From IMG/VR virus record IMGVR_UViG_2671180577_000005: DNA of 4,217 nt; one strand, given 5' to 3'. This document shows positions 1-4,217 of this stretch, in pieces (position 1 is the stretch's first letter; every line of letters starts with the position of its first letter). The notes below the pieces were generated by a model, which had not been told where the DNA came from, did no database searches, and was given only the letters and a program-made list of their open reading frames with translations. The DNA is from a virus (lineage: Duplodnaviria > Heunggongvirae > Uroviricota > Caudoviricetes). Both the position numbers and the translations under genes were made by a program.

Positions 1-91
1 CTCTCGTCTGGGGAATATCTCCCCGGCAGCCTTCAGGGAAAAATATCATCAGATAGCTGCTTAAAAAAAGAACAAATGGTAGTGTCCGCTA

Positions 92-676
92 TTGTCAGTA
101 CACCTCATTGCTCTGCGTTTTCGGGACTGTGAGTTTGATAATTATCTGGAGGTTAATCCTGACGCAGCCAGAAATCTTGCGGCCTGTCGCCGCTATGCGG
201 AGAACTGGCCAGATATGCTGGAGAACGGTACCAGTCTTGTTATGACCGGCAGTTGCGGTACCGGGAAAAATCATCTGGCGGTATCAATGGCAAAACACAT
301 CATCCGTAACTATCTGGCCAGTGTGGAGATCACCGACGTGATGCGCCTTACCCGGGCTGTGAAAAACTGCTGGCGGAATGACAGTGAAAAAACAGCGGAT
401 GACGTCATTGAGCATTATGCGTCACTGGATTTGCTGATTGTCGACGAAGTCGGCGTTCAGTTTGGCAGTGCGGCTGAAATGGCCATTTTGCAGGAAATTA
501 TCAATGCCCGGTATGAGGGTATTTTGCCAACTATCCTGATCAGCAACCTTTCACCGGAAGAATTGTGGGCGTTCATCAGTCCCCGGATTGCCGACAGGAT
601 CACCGATGGCGGGCGCAACTGGTTGTCGTTTAACTGGCCCAGCTACCGTTCTCGTATCGGAGGTGTTGCCGCATGA
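92..676 (+). CDS. DnaC-like AAA+ helicase loader (phage replication protein); N-terminal domain apparently absent and start codon uncertain
   Basis: Translation has Walker A GSCGTGKN (nt 248-271), Walker B DLLIVDEVG (nt 428-454) and C-terminal FNWPSYRSR, which parallels the E. coli DnaC C-terminus (FNWDSYRSR, recalled from memory). Similarity to DnaC begins only at about DnaC residue 65. The only canonical in-frame start after the stop at 80-82 is TTG at 92, with no convincing Shine-Dalgarno. The stop TGA 674-676 overlaps the ATG of the next gene. Confidence 0.8.
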   Translation: MSVHLIALRFRDCEFDNYLEVNPDAARNLAACRRYAENWPDMLENGTSLVMTGSCGTGKNHLAVSMAKHIIRNYLASVEITDVMRLTRAVKNCWRNDSEKTADDVIEHYASLDLLIVDEVGVQFGSAAEMAILQEIINARYEGILPTILISNLSPEELWAFISPRIADRITDGGRNWLSFNWPSYRSRIGGVAA

Positions 677-2073
677 CCAGCCAGAACACCCCGGCATGGC
701 GTAACGATGACCTGGAAGGCGCTGTCATCGGTGCGTTTTTTCTGCGTGGGGCCGATCCGGAAGTGATGGATATTCTGGCCACACTTCCGGCGGATGTATT
801 TTTTGTGCGTCAGTACCGGGATATTTACGCGGGGATTTGCAGACAGGCTCGCATATCCGGCGTCATTGACCCCGTACTGCTGTGCAATGAGATGCCGGAA
901 CTTGCCCCGGTGATTACCGACACCGGACGCAAAACCTGGGTGAAGTCTTCACTGGAGCACTATGTCGCAGCGTTGCGGCGCAATGCCGCACTGCGCGATG
1001 CAGAAAAAACACTGACTGAAGCATTACAGAATTTACGTGATGCGTATACCTGTGAAGCAGCCGAGGATGCCCTGAAGGATGCGCAGAACATGATGGCCTC
1101 ACTGTCGACCGGAAAGGGCGTCATTCAGCCGGTTCACATTGATGATGTCCTTCCGGAAGTGGTCGACCGTGTTGAATGCCGCAATCAGGGACTGGAGAAA
1201 TCCAGGGCGCTGATGACCGGTATTGATGAACTGGACGCAAAAACGGGCGGTATGGAGCCCGGAGACCTGGTATTCATTGCCGCCCGTCCTTCGATGGGGA
1301 AAACCGAACTTGCGCTGGACATCATCGACAAGGTGACTGAGCAGGGGCATGGCGTGCTTCTGTTCACCATGGAGATGGCGAACATCCAGATTGGTGAACG
1401 TATGGTGTCTGCTGCCGGTGGAATGCCGGTATCCCGTCTTAAGTCTGTTGCCCGTTTTGAAGATGAAGACTGGGCGCGTTTCTCGCAGGGCGTGGGACGA
1501 ATGACGGGGCGTAATATCTGGATGGTGGACCAGGCAAACCTGACCATTGATGAGATATGTGCAACCACGAAGCACCACCGGATGAAACACCCGGAAACGG
1601 CGCTGGTGGTGGTCGATTACCTCGGCCTGATTAAAACCCGCAGCACGGGGCGTCACGACCTTGCGGTGGGGGAAATCTCAAAGGGACTTAAAAGCCTGGC
1701 AAAATCCGGCGGTTTTCCGCTGATTGCTCTGAGCCAGCTCTCCCGCGGCGTGGAATCCAGACCCAATAAACGCCCAATGAACTCGGACCTGAAAAACTCC
1801 GGGGAAATCGAGGCGGATGCCGACATCATTCTGATGCTTTACAGGGATGAGGTATACAACCCGGAAACTCAGGCCAGAGGCATAGCAGAAATCAACATCA
1901 CGAAACAGCGTAATGGCACGCTGGGTACCATTTACCGGCGTTTTCATAACGGGCATTTTCTGCCTGTGGATCAGGAGAGTGCCCGGGTTCTTTCCACACC
2001 CATGACGCCGGGCAATCCGCGCAGATACAGCAATAACCGCATGTCGGGCAGTAAAACGGAGCGTTTATTTTGA
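673..2073 (+). CDS. DnaB-family replicative DNA helicase (phage-encoded)
   Basis: 466-aa ORF with a DnaB-like N-terminal domain (LEGAVIGAFFL...), Walker A ARPSMGKT (nt 1282-1305), and motifs DEDWARF, VVVDYLGL and ALSQLSRGVESRPNKRPMNSDLKNSGEIEADADIILMLYRDEVYN that closely track E. coli DnaB (recalled). SD GGAGG at 659-663 lies 9 nt upstream of ATG 673. ATGA overlap with the upstream gene. Confidence 0.92.
   Translation: MTSQNTPAWRNDDLEGAVIGAFFLRGADPEVMDILATLPADVFFVRQYRDIYAGICRQARISGVIDPVLLCNEMPELAPVITDTGRKTWVKSSLEHYVAALRRNAALRDAEKTLTEALQNLRDAYTCEAAEDALKDAQNMMASLSTGKGVIQPVHIDDVLPEVVDRVECRNQGLEKSRALMTGIDELDAKTGGMEPGDLVFIAARPSMGKTELALDIIDKVTEQGHGVLLFTMEMANIQIGERMVSAAGGMPVSRLKSVARFEDEDWARFSQGVGRMTGRNIWMVDQANLTIDEICATTKHHRMKHPETALVVVDYLGLIKTRSTGRHDLAVGEISKGLKSLAKSGGFPLIALSQLSRGVESRPNKRPMNSDLKNSGEIEADADIILMLYRDEVYNPETQARGIAEINITKQRNGTLGTIYRRFHNGHFLPVDQESARVLSTPMTPGNPRRYSNNRMSGSKTERLF
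1602..1609 (+). other. Chi octamer 5'-GCTGGTGG-3'
   Basis: Exact match on + strand, within the dnaB-like gene (codons ALVV). Confidence 0.9.
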
Positions 2074-2327
2074 ACAACAGAACAATCACTGTTTCACCGG
2101 AACAACTTCGTCGGCAGGCGCAGGAGATGCTTCGTTGTGCTGAACAGATGGAAAAAACGAGCGTGGCAAAAGATACGCTCCGCAAGCAGCTTACTCCGGC
2201 GCTTCGTGATCTGCTGCAGGCAAAACACCGTACACAAAAGGCGGTGGATGAGCTGGTGGATTGCGTGGAGGAACTGGAAGGACAGGTAAGCCAGTTTGAA
2301 ACGCTGGTGAAGGAGTTTACTGCGTGA
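2070..2327 (+). CDS. hypothetical small coiled-coil protein (nin-region-like), function unknown
   Basis: 85-codon ORF in the operon orientation. TTG start at 2070 overlaps the helicase stop (TTGA) and has SD GGAG at 2058-2061; alternative ATG starts at 2127 or 2148. Charged, heptad-like sequence (EQLRRQAQEMLRCAEQMEK...VDELVDCVEELEGQVSQFETLVKEF). The opposite-strand ORF 1898..2389 is Ser/Cys-rich and low-complexity, so the + strand is favoured. Confidence 0.5.
   Translation: MNNRTITVSPEQLRRQAQEMLRCAEQMEKTSVAKDTLRKQLTPALRDLLQAKHRTQKAVDELVDCVEELEGQVSQFETLVKEFTA
2252..2259 (+). other. Chi octamer 5'-GCTGGTGG-3'
   Basis: Exact match on + strand, within the 85-aa ORF (codons ELVD). Confidence 0.9.
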
Positions 2328-2373
2328 TGGCTGAATTTTTTTCTCCTGCGTTCATGCAATACCGTTCGCTGAG

Positions 2374-3369
2374 GTGACCGTGAGAGCACTGCTGACCCCT
2401 GAAATTGCCCCGCGTATGGGGATCGTCTTGTTCAGACCCGGTTCAGAGCTGATGCCCCTGTTTATGCAGGGGCGTGTCCTGCTGGAGCCTGAGCCGGAAC
2501 GTTATTCATCTTTTGCCAGTGGTGCCGTTCCGGCAGCATCACAACCGCTGGCGGATGATCCTGCCGTTCGGGCCGTGTTCCGCCATGAGGCGGTGATCCG
2601 TCGTGCTGGTGGTGTGGAATGCCTTGAGAGCTGGTTACTTCGTGAAAAAGGCTGCCAGTGGCCTCATTCCGGATGGCACAGCGAGAACATGACCACAATG
2701 CGACACGCGCCGGGCGCAATCCGTCTGTGCTGGCACTGCGATAACCTGCTTCGCGATCAGTTCACGGAACGTCTGGAATCAATGGCAACGGATAACTGTG
2801 CCCGCTGGGTGTTGTCCGTAGTCCGTCGTGATCTCGGTTTTGATGACAGCCACGTTGTGACAATGCCGGAACTGTGCTGGTGGCTGGTTCGTAATGACCT
2901 GGCGGATGCCTTACCGGAAAGTGCAGCCCGTAAGGCACTGAGATTACCGAAGCCTGTTGTGCCGTCTGTCACCCGGGAAAGTGACCTTGTGCCTTCGGTT
3001 CCTGCCACCAGCATCATCCGGGATAAGGCGAAAAAGGTGCTGGCGCTGAAAGTGGATCCGGAGTCGCCGGAGTCTTTTATGTTACGCCCCAAACGTCGTC
3101 GCTGGGTTAATGAAAAGTACACGCGCTGGGTTAAGACGCAGCCGTGTGCATGTTGTGGTAAGCCAGCCGACGATCCTCATCACCTGATTGGTCATGGTCA
3201 GGGTGGAATGGGTACAAAAGCGCATGACCTTTTTGTGTTGCCTTTGTGCAGAAAACACCATGACGAACTGCATGCGGATACCGTGGCATTTGAAGAGAAG
3301 TATGGTTCCCAACTGGAGCTGATATTTCGTTTTATCGATCGCGCGCTGGCGATTGGTGTGCTGTCCTGA
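2374..3369 (+). CDS. Cys/His-rich prophage protein with C-terminal YdfU/YbcO-like (DUF968/DUF1364-type) putative zinc-binding, nuclease-like motif; N-terminal domain of unknown function
   Basis: 331-codon ORF; start GTG 2374 or, more likely, GTG 2380 (SD GAGG at 2371-2374). C-terminal motif QPCACCGKPADDPHHLIGHGQGGMGTKAHDLFVLPLCRKHHDELH (nt about 3112-3273) matches my recollection of the Cys/His pattern of E. coli prophage proteins YdfU/YbcO. N-terminal region has C83, C94 and CWHC at 119-122 with several His. Pro/Ser-rich linker at about residues 190-235. Lies between the replication genes and Q, as nin-region genes do. Confidence 0.7.
   Translation: MTVRALLTPEIAPRMGIVLFRPGSELMPLFMQGRVLLEPEPERYSSFASGAVPAASQPLADDPAVRAVFRHEAVIRRAGGVECLESWLLREKGCQWPHSGWHSENMTTMRHAPGAIRLCWHCDNLLRDQFTERLESMATDNCARWVLSVVRRDLGFDDSHVVTMPELCWWLVRNDLADALPESAARKALRLPKPVVPSVTRESDLVPSVPATSIIRDKAKKVLALKVDPESPESFMLRPKRRRWVNEKYTRWVKTQPCACCGKPADDPHHLIGHGQGGMGTKAHDLFVLPLCRKHHDELHADTVAFEEKYGSQLELIFRFIDRALAIGVLS
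2605..2612 (+). other. Chi octamer 5'-GCTGGTGG-3'
   Basis: Exact match on + strand, within the 331-aa ORF (codons RAGGV). Confidence 0.9.
2876..2883 (+). other. Chi octamer 5'-GCTGGTGG-3'
   Basis: Exact match on + strand, within the 331-aa ORF (codons CWWL). Confidence 0.9.
3005..3012 (-). other. Chi octamer on the minus strand (CCACCAGC as read on +)
   Basis: The only reverse-orientation Chi I found by manual scan. Confidence 0.85.
3058..3075. repeat. tandem 9-bp direct repeat CCGGAGTCG / CCGGAGTCT (encodes PES-PES) inside the 331-aa gene
   Basis: Read directly from the sequence: 3058-3066 and 3067-3075 differ at one base. Confidence 0.85.
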
Positions 3370-3386
3370 TTTTGTGGAGAAAGTTG

Positions 3387-3767
3387 ATGCGTGATATTCA
3401 GATGGTTCTTGAACGCTGGGGGGCATGGGCTGCAAGTGGTAACACCGGGGTGGACTATTCTCCGATCGCTGCCGGATTCAAAGGACTTTTACCATCTGCC
3501 ACTAAACCACGTCCGGCCTGCTGCGATGATGACGGACTTATCATTGAAAACTGTCTTGCTCGTCTGAAGCAGAAAAAACCTGAGGAGTATTCGCTTCTCA
3601 TTGCTCATTATTTGTTGCGAATATCAAAAAGACAGATAGCCAGGAAGAGAAAGAAAAGCGAAAAAGCAATACGAATTGAGATGCAGATAGCCGAAGGGTT
3701 TATTGACGGATGTTTGTCTGTGCTGGGGGTAAGACTGGAGATGGACGACTGGCTGCTAAAAAAGTAA
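3387..3767 (+). CDS. late-gene antitermination protein Q (short Q family, QuuD-like)
   Basis: 126-aa product from ATG 3387 with SD GGAG at 3376-3379; the ORF track's 3372 start is an upstream TTG extension. The N-terminus MRDIQMVLERWGAWAA and the CCDDD motif match my recollection of the short antiterminator Q family of E. coli prophages. It is followed by a promoter-like region and a strong intrinsic terminator, as expected for Q/PR'/tR'. Confidence 0.75.
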   Translation: MRDIQMVLERWGAWAASGNTGVDYSPIAAGFKGLLPSATKPRPACCDDDGLIIENCLARLKQKKPEEYSLLIAHYLLRISKRQIARKRKKSEKAIRIEMQIAEGFIDGCLSVLGVRLEMDDWLLKK

Positions 3768-3835
3768 AAAATGATTAGTGCGGTCCGCAAAAAGTATGTC
3801 AGTATGTTAAGAGTGGTTACTTCGCCACACAGCTT
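3768..3835 (+). promoter_or_regulatory. candidate late promoter (PR'-like) and Q-utilisation (qut) region
   Basis: Intergenic, AT-rich, immediately downstream of Q and upstream of the terminator. Tandem -10-like elements TATGTC (3795-3800) and TATGTT (3803-3808) sit within a direct repeat AGTATGT-c-AGTATGT (3794-3808). Possible -35 TGATTA at 3772-3777 (17-bp spacer). Alternative pair TGGACG (3742-3747) and TAAAAA (3765-3770). Exact hexamers and transcription start are not resolvable by eye. Confidence 0.3.
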
Positions 3836-3861
3836 AAACCCGCCGCGAGCGGGTTTTTTTA
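3836..3861 (+). terminator. rho-independent terminator (tR'-like) downstream of Q
   Basis: GC-rich hairpin, arms CCCGC (3839-3843) and GCGGG (3849-3853) around loop CGCGA, followed by a 7-T run (3854-3860). Confidence 0.8.
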
Positions 3862-3891
3862 TGGCTGAAATCGGTCCAGTACAGTAAACGT

Positions 3892-3899
3892 GCTGGTGG
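3892..3899 (+). other. Chi octamer 5'-GCTGGTGG-3'
   Basis: Exact match on + strand, intergenic, just downstream of the tR'-like terminator. Confidence 0.9.
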
Positions 3900-3982
3900 C
3901 GGTGAATACCTGTCTTTCAGCTTGCTGGCTTTTTCGACAAGAGTTATTGGTGTGTCACGTTAACCGAAAAAGGGAAAAAGAC

Positions 3983-4180
3983 ATGCTAAAACAGCAGGAT
4001 ATGACAGAAACCGCCAGAGTGGTGTTTAATGAATTAAGCGTTACCGAACCGGCGACAGTCGGGGAGATAGCGCAGAATACTTACCTTTCACGCGAACGCT
4101 GCCAGTTAATACTGACTCAGCTGGTTATGGCGGGTCTGGCAGACTATCAGTTCGGTTGTTACAGACGCCTTCCGCAGTGA
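3983..4180 (+). CDS. small (65 aa) putative winged-helix DNA-binding protein (PapI/FaeA-like pattern), moron-like gene downstream of Q
   Basis: ATG 3983 with SD AGGGA at 3971-3975 (7-nt spacer). The ORF track's longer version from GTG 3890 lacks an SD and would start inside the terminator-proximal region. Segment TVGEIAQNTYLSRERCQLILTQLVMAGLA has the helix-turn-helix pattern of small wHTH regulators. Its stop overlaps an intrinsic terminator. Confidence 0.5.
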   Translation: MLKQQDMTETARVVFNELSVTEPATVGEIAQNTYLSRERCQLILTQLVMAGLADYQFGCYRRLPQ

Positions 4181-4190
4181 AGGCTTTTTT
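4167..4190 (+). terminator. rho-independent terminator after the small wHTH ORF
   Basis: Arms GCCTTC (4167-4172) and GAAGGC (4179-4184) around loop CGCAGT, followed by a 6-T run (4185-4190). The stop codon TGA 4178-4180 lies within the stem-loop. Confidence 0.7.
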
Positions 4191-4208
4191 ATTTGTGGTA
4201 AATGGGCG

Positions 4209-4216
4209 GCTGGTGG
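4209..4216 (+). other. Chi octamer 5'-GCTGGTGG-3'
   Basis: Exact match on + strand, intergenic, after the second terminator at the window edge. Confidence 0.9.
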
Positions 4217-4217
4217 G

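Noticed and set aside
62-70. A-AAA-AAG, a dnaX-like -1 frameshift slippery heptamer, near the start of the window
   Set aside because: In the frame where the heptamer is correctly phased it is bracketed by stops (62-64 and 80-82), so it cannot serve a translated ORF; most likely just an A-run.
914-1956. Minus-strand ORFs inside the dnaB-like gene (914..1102, 1099..1656, 1185..1568, 1678..1956)
   Set aside because: They lie antisense to a strongly conserved helicase gene, their translations are low-complexity and Arg/Ser/His-rich, and they have no RBS context; typical antisense artefacts of GC-rich coding sequence.
3372-3386. TTG 3372 as the Q start
   Set aside because: ATG 3387 is preceded by GGAG at optimal spacing and yields the N-terminus MRDIQMVLERW that I recall for this Q family.
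3560-3700. AT-rich, Lys/Arg-rich stretch at the 3' end of the Q gene as a possible foreign insertion or separate element
   Set aside because: It is in frame within Q and continuous with the C-terminus; a basic tail is plausible for a nucleic-acid/RNAP-binding protein; no repeats or boundaries indicate insertion.
1898-3790. Minus-strand ORFs 1898..2389, 2462..2719, 2757..3122, 3082..3435, 3608..3790
   Set aside because: Antisense to + strand genes that have coherent motifs and coupled starts; products are Ser/Cys/Arg-rich or low-complexity; no supporting signals.
3890-3982. 5' extension of the small ORF from GTG 3890 (the 96-aa version in the ORF track)
   Set aside because: No SD before 3890, and the extension would start in the region just downstream of the terminator; ATG 3983 has a well-spaced SD (AGGGA) and gives a compact wHTH-sized protein.
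3861-3982. Possible tRNA genes or an independent sigma70 promoter between the terminator and the small ORF
   Set aside because: No T-loop (GTTCRANYC) or cloverleaf-compatible sequence. Candidate hexamers (TTGCTG, TCGACA, TATTGG) have poor spacing or -10 quality, so no promoter is called.
1-4217. CRISPR arrays, IS elements, integrase or att sites, toxin-antitoxin pairs
   Set aside because: No regularly spaced direct repeats, no terminal inverted repeats or transposase-like ORF, and no small adjacent two-gene pair with TA-like features were seen.

Overview
This window reads as one co-directional (+ strand) segment of a lambdoid-type prophage early-right/late-regulatory region, probably from an Enterobacteriaceae host (about 52% GC, E. 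coli-like codon usage, Chi octamers). In order it holds a replication module (DnaC-like AAA+ helicase loader overlapping a DnaB-family helicase), a nin-like region (small coiled-coil ORF, 16-codon micro-ORF, 331-aa Cys/His-rich protein with a YdfU/YbcO-like C-terminal motif), a short-type antiterminator Q, a candidate late promoter/qut region with a strong intrinsic terminator, and a small winged-helix-like ORF with its own terminator at the position where lambdoid phages carry morons. I found no rRNA, tRNA, CRISPR array or IS/transposase. I do not see a recognisable multi-gene defence system; the best candidates for undescribed function are the 85-aa plus 331-aa nin-region pair and the post-Q small ORF. 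The most striking sequence-level signal is six co-oriented Chi octamers on the + strand against one on the - strand. All calls rest on reading the sequence and recalled family motifs; no database search was run.
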